NCBI GenBank assembly: GCA_963662285.2
Contig: CAXXMV010000001.1
Location: 32,001-96,000, forward strand
Origin: a bacterium
Lineage (GTDB): Bacteria; Hinthialibacterota; Hinthialibacteria; Hinthialibacterales; Hinthialibacteraceae
Direction: 5' to 3'
Length of the DNA stretch: 64,000 bases
Part shown: positions 29,491 through 38,216 of the stretch, one piece after another
How positions within the stretch are numbered: position 1 is the first letter of the stretch
How the letters are laid out: the number at the start of each line of letters is the position of its first letter
The notes under the pieces: model-generated
Database searches by the model: none
Seen by the model: the letters and a program-made list of their open reading frames with translations, nothing else
Told to the model about the DNA's origin: nothing
Position numbers and translations under genes: made by a program

Positions 29491-29856
29491 TTATTTGTTC
29501 AGCATTTCTTCGACGGCTTGGAGCATATCCATTTGCTCGTATGGTTTATGGATAATTCGATCCGCGCCTCGCTCTATAGCTGTCTCAAATGTCGCTTTTT
29601 GACAAGAAGCGGTAACAATGGCTACTGGTAGATTCGGTTTGATTCTCTTCATCTCAGGAAGGGCGTCAATTCCATTTACACCTGGCAACTGATGGTCGCA
29701 AAGAACCAAATCAGCAGAAAGTGATTCAATGTTTTGAAAAAATGCTTCTGCTGATCCGTAGGCGATTACGTTATAACCCTTGAATTCAAGCAAGTCAAAA
29801 AGGTTTTCGCGCAATTCTTCTTCATCCTCAACGATGATAATAGTCTTATCAGTCAT
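29491..29856 (-). CDS. single-domain response regulator
   Basis: IVEDE, LCDHQLPG, VTA, HKPY. Confidence 0.93.
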   Translation of the reverse strand: MTDKTIIIVEDEEELRENLFDLLEFKGYNVIAYGSAEAFFQNIESLSADLVLCDHQLPGVNGIDALPEMKRIKPNLPVAIVTASCQKATFETAIERGADRIIHKPYEQMDMLQAVEEMLNK

Positions 29857-29865
29857 GATATTCTC

Positions 29866-32800
29866 CTATATATTTTTCAATGGCAACGACAAAGTGAATG
29901 TAGACCCGTTTCCCTGCACGCTAATCAATTCTATCGTTCCATCATGCAACTCCACCAACTCTTTGGCAATCGATAATCCAAGTCCGGAGCCTTTGGCGAA
30001 ATTCTTCGAAGCGCTGGTGCGGTAGAATCTTTCCCAGATTTTGCCGCATTCTTCTGGAGTCATCCCTATACCAGAATCCTTCACTGAAAGAGACACTATA
30101 TTATCACTAAACGATAATACCACATCAACATTCCCATTATCAGGGGTGTACTTAATTGCATTACTTACTAATTCTCCAACCACCCGTTCGATTTTGCTGC
30201 CGTCGATGTTTAGAGTATAGTCTCCATCACTGGCATTGAATGTAAGTTGTATGTTTTTCTGTTCAGCAGCGGGTCGGTTTTCGTTAACAATGTTTTCAAC
30301 CAAAGCCTTGAATGGTATATCACTTTTTTCTAAAACAATACGACCTGTTTCTATGCGGTTGAGATCTAGCACGTCATTGATCAGGTTTGTTAGTCGATCA
30401 ACGGATGTGGTAGCGCGTAGCATGACCTTTTGTTGTTTCTCTGTTAATGCTCCAGCGATACCCATTAGCAGGTTATCCAGGCTGCCTTTGATTGCAGTCA
30501 GCGGAGTGCGTAGATCATGCGAGGCCTGGGAGACGAACTGAGTTTTCATCTGGTCAAGTTGAATCAGCTGGGCGTTGGCTTCTTGTAAGTCTGTGTTGAA
30601 TTTATTCAGGCTTTTGTTAGCAACCTGCAGGCGGAGATGGCGGTTCACAGCATAGGCTGCAAAAATAATTGTCAGGAGCGAACTAAAGAAAATTATCAAG
30701 AGAACAACAGGTTCCTTATACCACGGCAGTAGAACTGTAAATGTGAACTCAGCAGGAGTTGGATCGATATTTCCTTTGCGATCCATAGCGCGTACATTCA
30801 ATGAATGGATTCCTGATGCCAGGTTTGTTGCGGAAAAGACTGTAGCTGATTTAAAGGGAGTCCATGCGCCGTCGTCTAGTCTGGTGGAATATAGAAGCCG
30901 TTCGACTTCGGTATATTTCCAGCAATCCATACCAGTAAAACCGATGCGCATTTCGGTTCCCTGCACAATTTCATCGACGTATTCATCTTCTTTGATGATG
31001 GTTTCGGGGTGATTGAGATCCGCTTCGGGGTGATAACATGCTAGGCCGAAGAGAGTCCCGGCCCAGATCCGCTTCTGGCTGTCTTCAAAGATTGATTTAA
31101 CGATGTTGGAAGGAAGCCCTTCGTCCGTCTCAAAATGCAACCAGGTTCCATCTGGTTTGCGTCTCCATAATCCAACTTCGGAGGCAATCCAGATGCTTCC
31201 ATCAGAACTTTTTAAGAACTGATGAATTTTTCCAAAGCCTGATCTTACCAACGACCAGGATTGTCCATCGTATTCGAGCAAATCATTTTGACCGCACCAT
31301 TTTTTACCATCACCAATATCGATCATGCAGCGGGCAGATTTGATCGTAAATCCATCATCGTCACTGAAAGATTGATATTCGTTGCCATGATATAGACGGA
31401 TTTCGTCATAAAGAGAAAGCCAGAAATCTCCATTGTCTTCTTCCCATAATACATCCGGATTGCCGATGCCTGTTTCGATCTTTAATACGACTTTATCACC
31501 TTCTCCATCATTACGGATGACTAGCCATTCAGATTTTCCACTTGTAGTAGTTAATACAGTTTTCCAGAATATATTTTTATTATTAATATTATAGAAAACA
31601 AGATTTGTATATTGATGGCGTTCCTGTTCGAATTTCTCATCAACCGGATTAAAGAAAAGAAAACCTTGGTTTTTAATGGCGCCGATAAGAAGGCGGTCAT
31701 GGGTGAACTGCATTTCATATGTTAAATTGGGTATTCTCGATTCTGGATAGAGATAGATTTTCCATTTTTGATCCAGGCCAAGGCATAAGAGACGGTCATC
31801 TGAAACAAACCATATACGTCCTTGCTGGTCTTCATAAATCGATTGAACAGGTTTATCCAATTTAGCCACTTCGGGCAACATGCCCCAAAGTGGAGGACTG
31901 CTTTTGGCGACGCCTTTTTTTGAGGCCACCCAAAAACCAGCAACCGGATCGGCGGCTATGTCTGTGGTAATCGAAGTGAGAAACTCATCCCGCACAAGGG
32001 ATTCGTTGTTATTTAAATCGAACTGCTTTAGATATTTGCCTAATAAATCCGTTTCCCAAAGTAAACCATTTTGATCTACCAATCCAAAACCATTATCTGT
32101 ATTCAAATTTTTAATTTTACTCCAGGATTGTCCGTCAAAATGCCCTAGGAGCCACTCCCTTACTCCTCTTACATAATTGAAAGTGATGCCAACTTTCGCG
32201 TCCCCTCTAGGCAACCAGATTTCTTTGATATTCAGTTCAGGATCATAAGGGAATTCTTCCCATTGGGCTTCTTGAAGATTATTTGAAGCATTAGGTATCG
32301 TCATTTTTACAAGTTTGTCGTGTTCAAACAACCACGTTGATTCATCCGATCCCTGAGAATTTATATCTCTAACCAAGTACCATCTAGCTAAAGCAGTCGC
32401 ATTTCGCACTGTGTGGCATTCTTGAGTGCGTGCATCGAATTTAACAATTCTGTCATTCAGTTGAAGATAGACCTGATCAGTGGCTCCAGGGATAATGCAG
32501 AAAGATTGAGTCGTAGGGAGAATTCCATCTAGTTGATAGGATACCCAGCGATCATCCTTATACTGACGTAAATCTTTGAATATAAATACTTGTGGTGTTA
32601 CCGCCGCAACATAAGATGCAGCCCAGATTTGACCTGAAGCGCTCTCTACCGGTAATATCTGACCCAGAGGGTTCTCTAGTGAATAGAGTTCTTTTTTAAA
32701 TGGAATGGTCGTAACATTGTACCCATCAATACGCGCAAACTCTCCTGTTTTTTTCTCGGTAATAACCACTCCTTTTGCGTTTACATTGATATTTCTTTTA

Positions 32801-33975
32801 TTGAGAAAGTCCAAACCATCTGATTGTTTCCAGTAGCGCCAGATTGAAGTCGACACGCCCCTCATACCGGTTAACATAAATTTGGCCCGGTCTTCACCGA
32901 CAATCGTGAATTGATTAATTTTCCCGCTGACAACAAAATCTTCGTCCGTTTCCTCATTATTAAAGGCTCGGTAAGTCAATAGAGTAGAACCGGATTCGGC
33001 CATCATCGACCATGTTATTGTTGCGCCATGCACGACTCCACCATGACTAACGGTATTGGCGCTCCATGCTTCGGGCAGGATTTCTTCTATGGTGATTTCT
33101 TGCGCATGGGGTGATTCGTTCATTATTTCAAGCGCAACATCAAAGGATTCACCTTTTTTAAAAACACCTCTAGGGAATCTTCGAATCGCCATTATCTCTA
33201 CAGGTTCCAGTTTGACATCCGAAAATCTCGCGCAAGCCAGTAGATCATTATCGGAAACATTGGTTATAGAGATGCCATAAGCCACTTCATCTCCCATATC
33301 TAAACTCATGGTATGATCAAAATTCCATATAAGACCATCATAAGACCATTCGGAACAGAAATAATTCTCCGGGGCGAAACGGGTTACCCGAAAGTAAATA
33401 CCATCACCGGGATCAGAAACAACAACACCGTCTTTCCTGGTATTTATACCATACATTCGGTAACCTGGCTTTTCCCGAATCCCCATCGAACAAGTACCAT
33501 TTTCAAGATTACCAGGCATAGCGCGCACATAGAATCGATAAGACGTAGAATTAGTAAGGCGGCCATTATTTCGAATATTGATGCCTGCATCAGGATGGTT
33601 TGAAGGTGGTTCACTGGGATCTCGTCCCTGATCTATCCAATGGACCTTGGCGGATAGACTCCACGAGCCGGACCGGGTGGTGTAGGCGTAGAATCCCTCA
33701 TCCGTGTCATTCCAGATATCATCGCCGTTGCCATAGAGGTCGTAGACAATGCCCTGCTCGGTCTGTTTCACTTCGACGCGCCCGGGTACTTTATTTTGCT
33801 TACGCATAGGCGGGAACTCCGGCTCGAGTCCCCAATCAGCGGTGGCATTGAAGATGCCAAGATTCGCTGAATCTTGCGCCGAAGAAGGAACCACCAGCAC
33901 GAATGACCAAGCAACCAAGAAACAAAACAGAATCATTAATTGAATAGAGAGACGCCTAACCATGATTTCACCCAC
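29866..33975 (-). CDS. sensor histidine kinase with extracellular beta-sandwich, beta-propeller and Y_Y_Y-type domains
   Basis: Signal peptide; EDSQKRIWAGT repeats; VRAMDRKGN; TM; SHDLRTPL, NAIKY, DSGIG, GSGLGL. Confidence 0.92.
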   Translation of the reverse strand: MGEIMVRRLSIQLMILFCFLVAWSFVLVVPSSAQDSANLGIFNATADWGLEPEFPPMRKQNKVPGRVEVKQTEQGIVYDLYGNGDDIWNDTDEGFYAYTTRSGSWSLSAKVHWIDQGRDPSEPPSNHPDAGINIRNNGRLTNSTSYRFYVRAMPGNLENGTCSMGIREKPGYRMYGINTRKDGVVVSDPGDGIYFRVTRFAPENYFCSEWSYDGLIWNFDHTMSLDMGDEVAYGISITNVSDNDLLACARFSDVKLEPVEIMAIRRFPRGVFKKGESFDVALEIMNESPHAQEITIEEILPEAWSANTVSHGGVVHGATITWSMMAESGSTLLTYRAFNNEETDEDFVVSGKINQFTIVGEDRAKFMLTGMRGVSTSIWRYWKQSDGLDFLNKRNINVNAKGVVITEKKTGEFARIDGYNVTTIPFKKELYSLENPLGQILPVESASGQIWAASYVAAVTPQVFIFKDLRQYKDDRWVSYQLDGILPTTQSFCIIPGATDQVYLQLNDRIVKFDARTQECHTVRNATALARWYLVRDINSQGSDESTWLFEHDKLVKMTIPNASNNLQEAQWEEFPYDPELNIKEIWLPRGDAKVGITFNYVRGVREWLLGHFDGQSWSKIKNLNTDNGFGLVDQNGLLWETDLLGKYLKQFDLNNNESLVRDEFLTSITTDIAADPVAGFWVASKKGVAKSSPPLWGMLPEVAKLDKPVQSIYEDQQGRIWFVSDDRLLCLGLDQKWKIYLYPESRIPNLTYEMQFTHDRLLIGAIKNQGFLFFNPVDEKFEQERHQYTNLVFYNINNKNIFWKTVLTTTSGKSEWLVIRNDGEGDKVVLKIETGIGNPDVLWEEDNGDFWLSLYDEIRLYHGNEYQSFSDDDGFTIKSARCMIDIGDGKKWCGQNDLLEYDGQSWSLVRSGFGKIHQFLKSSDGSIWIASEVGLWRRKPDGTWLHFETDEGLPSNIVKSIFEDSQKRIWAGTLFGLACYHPEADLNHPETIIKEDEYVDEIVQGTEMRIGFTGMDCWKYTEVERLLYSTRLDDGAWTPFKSATVFSATNLASGIHSLNVRAMDRKGNIDPTPAEFTFTVLLPWYKEPVVLLIIFFSSLLTIIFAAYAVNRHLRLQVANKSLNKFNTDLQEANAQLIQLDQMKTQFVSQASHDLRTPLTAIKGSLDNLLMGIAGALTEKQQKVMLRATTSVDRLTNLINDVLDLNRIETGRIVLEKSDIPFKALVENIVNENRPAAEQKNIQLTFNASDGDYTLNIDGSKIERVVGELVSNAIKYTPDNGNVDVVLSFSDNIVSLSVKDSGIGMTPEECGKIWERFYRTSASKNFAKGSGLGLSIAKELVELHDGTIELISVQGNGSTFTLSLPLKNI

Positions 33976-34082
33976 TTAATGGAATAGCAGAATAAATCGA
34001 TAGTATGATTCTCTCAAAAAATTGAAGAAGAGTCTACTTGGAGGAAACAATATAACTAACAGATAGTAGATGGGGTGATGAT

Positions 34083-34691
34083 TTATTCTTCTTGCGTTTT
34101 GCGCTTAGGTTTCTTGGTTTGCTGCAAGAGATAACCGATAAAACAGAGAGGCAGAAAAAGAATGGGAATATCCATAGTATCAGAAAGAATGTAGGCGCCC
34201 AGGCAGGTGGTTAACAGAACAATAAGTTGTTTCTGGAAATATATGAATAAAAGAGATATTAACAATGCCAAGACCGCAGGCCATGCATTACCCAGAGTAT
34301 TATTAAGCGGTTCCAGGATGCCGATCCACGAAAAGAGTTGTTCAACTAAAGCCCGCTGCCGGTCATCAGCGTATAATATATAGAGTGCGCCGGATAATGA
34401 GCCGATAAAGATCAAAACAACATACATGCGTTTTGCCAATAAAACGCCAATAATTCCGGTTACGATGCCCACAAAAAACGCCGTATATGGATGCTGAGGG
34501 AAAAAGCGCAGCCATTCCTGGTTGATGATGCCGACCCAGGCGACTACCAGTTCGTACACGCTGGAACCAAAGACATAACCCAGCGCGAAACCCGTTGCGC
34601 GCAGCCCGTAACGAAACAGAGTCCACCCGAAGGCCAACAATCCTAAACCCAAGGCTAATCTTAAATAAATTTCAGGAGATATATTTAACAA
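34083..34691 (-). CDS. multi-pass membrane protein (DUF4203-like)
   Basis: Several Gly-rich hydrophobic helices; LAFGWTLFR start. Confidence 0.7.
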   Translation of the reverse strand: MLNISPEIYLRLALGLGLLAFGWTLFRYGLRATGFALGYVFGSSVYELVVAWVGIINQEWLRFFPQHPYTAFFVGIVTGIIGVLLAKRMYVVLIFIGSLSGALYILYADDRQRALVEQLFSWIGILEPLNNTLGNAWPAVLALLISLLFIYFQKQLIVLLTTCLGAYILSDTMDIPILFLPLCFIGYLLQQTKKPKRKTQEE

Positions 34692-34716
34692 TTATCAACA
34701 CCTATTTTTTAGTCAC

Positions 34717-36087
34717 TTACGACTGCGCCGCCAGTTCATTAAGAACTTCTCTACATTCGGAATCCGATGGATTCAACGCAGCAGCGGCCTGATAAGATTC
34801 TTTGACGCCTTCGAAATCATGCAACTCCAATCGCGCCCGGCCAAGCAGTTTCAAAGCTTCAAAATGGTCTGGCGCCTGCTCCAGACAACTGATCAGCAAC
34901 TCAACCGCCAATTCATATTCATTTTCAACAATAGCCGCGTATCCTTTCATAAACTGAATGGAAGGATGATCCGCGCTGCAGGATTGCGCCCGTTTGAGAA
35001 ATTCGTCTACTTTATCTTTTTCATTTTTGTCATAAGCCATACGGGCGAGATAAGCGTATGGACGGGGGTCGCGGCGGTTGATTTTGAGCGCTCTAAGAAA
35101 AAAGCGTTGCGCAGCAGCCATGTCGCCGGTCATTTGACAGGCGATGCCCATTTCGATCAAGGCCTCTTCAAAATCCTTATCCATAGCCAGCGCATCATTC
35201 AGGTATTCAATGGCGTTATCGTAGCGCCCCATGCGGTTAGCCGCCAAACCAAGGTTATACAATACCAGGATGTCGGCGGAATGCTCTTTAGCGAAGGTCA
35301 ACAAAGCATCATGCGCACGTTTATATAATCCCTTGCGGACGAAAGCCAATCCCAGCAGCATAGATGCTTCCAGTTCCACGCCAGAGCGTTCCTTCAGGTC
35401 GAGCAGGCGAATAATAACTTCATCATAGCGGCCTTCCGCATACAGCCCGGCAGCTTCGAGCATATCTTCTTTGGCTTCTTCTTCCGGGCTTAAGACCTTG
35501 CCTGTGGAGTTATTCTCCATAGCTCGGATCACGGAATTAAATCCCCGTTTCGCAGTTTCCTGATCAGGGTCTATCTCCAGACATTGTTCGTAATAGCTTT
35601 GCGCTTTGGGAAGTTTATTCTGCCGTCGTAATATATCGCCCGCAAATGCGTAAAATGGCGCATAATCAGGATTGGCTTTGATTCCCGACTCAACGGTAGA
35701 CAGAGCTTTGCGCAATTTTTCATTATGCATGTAATAACGGGCGATTTCCATACGCGCCCGTGGATCCCTGGAATTCATTTTCAATGCTTTGTTAAGCATC
35801 TTGATGCCTTTTTTGTCCTGACCGGCTTTAAGCAGGGTTTTGCCGTAGGTGAAATGGATTTCCAGATCGTTGGGCAGAAGGTTTTGCACCTTATCAAACA
35901 TAGAAAAGGCGTCAGCGAAATGTTCTAATTCGCCATAAACACAAGCAATTTTGAAATATGCATCAGGAAATTCCGGCTGGAGGACGAGAACTTTTTTAAA
36001 GTTATTCAGCGCTTCGCCGTAATGACCGGCATCGAAAAGTTCGACGCCTTTGGAGTAGTATTGAGTATACGCAGTTATATCGGCCAT
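34717..36087 (-). CDS. tetratricopeptide repeat protein
   Basis: Continuous 34-aa TPR pattern (e.g. YNLGLAANRMGRYDNAIEYL). Confidence 0.9.
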   Translation of the reverse strand: MADITAYTQYYSKGVELFDAGHYGEALNNFKKVLVLQPEFPDAYFKIACVYGELEHFADAFSMFDKVQNLLPNDLEIHFTYGKTLLKAGQDKKGIKMLNKALKMNSRDPRARMEIARYYMHNEKLRKALSTVESGIKANPDYAPFYAFAGDILRRQNKLPKAQSYYEQCLEIDPDQETAKRGFNSVIRAMENNSTGKVLSPEEEAKEDMLEAAGLYAEGRYDEVIIRLLDLKERSGVELEASMLLGLAFVRKGLYKRAHDALLTFAKEHSADILVLYNLGLAANRMGRYDNAIEYLNDALAMDKDFEEALIEMGIACQMTGDMAAAQRFFLRALKINRRDPRPYAYLARMAYDKNEKDKVDEFLKRAQSCSADHPSIQFMKGYAAIVENEYELAVELLISCLEQAPDHFEALKLLGRARLELHDFEGVKESYQAAAALNPSDSECREVLNELAAQS

Positions 36088-36142
36088 CGAAATTTTTCGG
36101 TGAGCCTTCTATTCAAGAATTTATCCTAAGAAATAAAAAAAA

Positions 36143-36216
36143 TGGGCGGTACTGGACTCGAACCAGTGGCCTCCAGTTTGTGATACTGGCGCTCTAACCA
36201 GCTGAGCTAATCGCCC
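36143..36216 (-). tRNA. tRNA-Val (anticodon CAC), CCA not encoded
   Basis: GGGCGAT TA GCTC AGCTGGTTA GAGC G CCAGT ATCACAA ACTGG AGGCC ACTGG TTCGAGT CCAGT ACCGCCC A. Confidence 0.93.
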
Positions 36217-36236
36217 ATTGATCCTTTTTATTATTA

Positions 36237-38087
36237 CTATTCTCCACGAGATGTCAAGCGGGTTTGCAAGTTCTTTATTATCAGATCATATAGCCCGATA
36301 AACATATCCAGGTCGCTCACTGCGCCATCAAACAATTCATGCAACGAATCATACCACCAATCTCTTAATTCCTCATCGCCTAAATCTGATGGAGGTTCCA
36401 TGCGCCAGGTGCTGTATCTCCTGCGCGCTAAACCAATATCAACGCCAACATCCAAGGCTGAACCCGATAATATTTCTTTCCATCGTGATAGAAACATAGC
36501 AGCGCTCTCTGGAGTAAAACCTGATGATTCAGGGAGTTTTTCATTTTTCCACTGAGCCAGTCGAGCCATACCAATTTTTAGCTGTTCCTGATTTTTTTTC
36601 AAATCCTGACTTAAATTGCTCAGGATTAGTATTATTGTTTTGATAGAACCAACCTGATTTGCAGGACCAATATCATGCAAACGGTTCAAAACCGGTTCCG
36701 CAGCAGTGTACTTACTCAAAGCTTCGCTAAGCGGCATCTGCACCGCGCCTCGTTTTTGGGCGCCGCCTTCAGTAGCGTCAATCACAAGGTTATTTATCTT
36801 AGCAATCTGATTTTCCAGGGTTATTATGGTGTGATGAAAATACGAAAAAGTGAGCACCGGCTCGCCGTAATATCCGGCAACCTGCGTCATGGGCGTATTG
36901 GCCGATTCAATATTACCCTGCAACCTGACCTGTTTGCCATCTTCTGATGGAGTAACCATACTGGCATTGGCCGTGCCCTCTGCATGAGATAGATTTCCCG
37001 GAGAAACAGCCAAATCCATGCCCGCCATGATAATGGGCGAACAACCCATAAATTTCGCCAGCATAAACGCGCAAAAACCCACATTCATCCGGCGGGGAAA
37101 AGCCTGTTTAATATTTAATGGCCGGGCCAGGCGCTGTAATAATTTAATTTGTAAATCATACAGGCAAAGCAACCGGGGATGCGCGGTGTATTGCTCAATA
37201 ATATCAGCGTTAACATCGGGCAAATACGCCAGAATTGATGATCCCAGAGAGTCGATTCCGGCAAAATGTTTATGATTGATTTTCAAAGGATCGCATGCCA
37301 CCACAAAATGAGGTTGGATTCCCTGCCGCAATAATGGCTTCAGGGCGGTATCCGAAGCGATAATCACAACGCCCGGCGCCGCCTTTTTTAATGCGGCGAT
37401 ATTCCCGGTTAATGATGGACCCGCGCCAACCACCACCGCCGGATTATCCGGAAATAGGTCATGAAAAGATTCCAACGGCATGGAACGCGTCATGGATGGA
37501 ATATTTTTAATAATATTGCTCTGAATAATCACGCCGCGTTCTATTTGCACCTGAACATTCTCACGGGCGCAGTGCAGCGCGAAACGCATATCGTTTGACA
37601 TCTCAGCGAACCATTCAGGTTCTTGCTCTGCCAATAATGAATCTTTCCAGGCATGAATGCCCCATGCGCCAATCTCGGTGACGTCATTCAACAGAGCCTT
37701 TTGGACATCACTGGTCATTGATCCGATATACCAACGAACGCGTATATCTTTCAACAATGCCATCCAGGGGCGGCGCCCCATCTGATTGCAGAAATAATCT
37801 ATGTTTGGTTCGATGATATATAAATAATGGATTGAATCATTGTAACGATTATAAAAATCCAACAGCCATTGCCCGTCTCTCATACCAAGCATAATTACAT
37901 AACGGGGATTTAGCGAAGTAAAACCGGGAATATCATCCAAATCTACCGGTTCCATCAGCTGATCTTCACTCTCAGGTAAAGATGAAATCCCGGTACATTC
38001 CACTGGCGTTATTGCTGCAAGAGAAGGATGCAACGCCTCAATAAGCGAGCGATTGCTAGTATATAGTAAGGAAGAATCTTGGTTCAA
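36237..38087 (-). CDS. motility-associated factor (Maf/DUF115) glycosyltransferase-like protein
   Basis: PAVVVGAGPSL, IIASDTAL, GIQPHFVVACDP, GCSPIIMAGMDLA, IDATEGGA. Confidence 0.85.
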   Translation of the reverse strand: MNQDSSLLYTSNRSLIEALHPSLAAITPVECTGISSLPESEDQLMEPVDLDDIPGFTSLNPRYVIMLGMRDGQWLLDFYNRYNDSIHYLYIIEPNIDYFCNQMGRRPWMALLKDIRVRWYIGSMTSDVQKALLNDVTEIGAWGIHAWKDSLLAEQEPEWFAEMSNDMRFALHCARENVQVQIERGVIIQSNIIKNIPSMTRSMPLESFHDLFPDNPAVVVGAGPSLTGNIAALKKAAPGVVIIASDTALKPLLRQGIQPHFVVACDPLKINHKHFAGIDSLGSSILAYLPDVNADIIEQYTAHPRLLCLYDLQIKLLQRLARPLNIKQAFPRRMNVGFCAFMLAKFMGCSPIIMAGMDLAVSPGNLSHAEGTANASMVTPSEDGKQVRLQGNIESANTPMTQVAGYYGEPVLTFSYFHHTIITLENQIAKINNLVIDATEGGAQKRGAVQMPLSEALSKYTAAEPVLNRLHDIGPANQVGSIKTIILILSNLSQDLKKNQEQLKIGMARLAQWKNEKLPESSGFTPESAAMFLSRWKEILSGSALDVGVDIGLARRRYSTWRMEPPSDLGDEELRDWWYDSLHELFDGAVSDLDMFIGLYDLIIKNLQTRLTSRGE

Positions 38088-38137
38088 ATGTTTATCTCTG
38101 AATTAAGGAATATTAATGCAAATTAAATGACAAATAA

Positions 38138-38180
38138 AACACCCGTCTATATTATGTTCATTGTAATATAGACGGGCGTT
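38138..38180. terminator. stem-loop downstream of the 38217-40730 gene
   Basis: aacacccgtctatatta...taatatagacgggcgtt. Confidence 0.6.
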
Positions 38181-38216
38181 AAATGCAAAACAAACATTTC
38201 GGGATGCTAAATATAA

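Noticed and set aside
36143-36216. tRNA-anchored genomic island
   Set aside because: No integrase, and no duplicated tRNA 3' end seen in the window.
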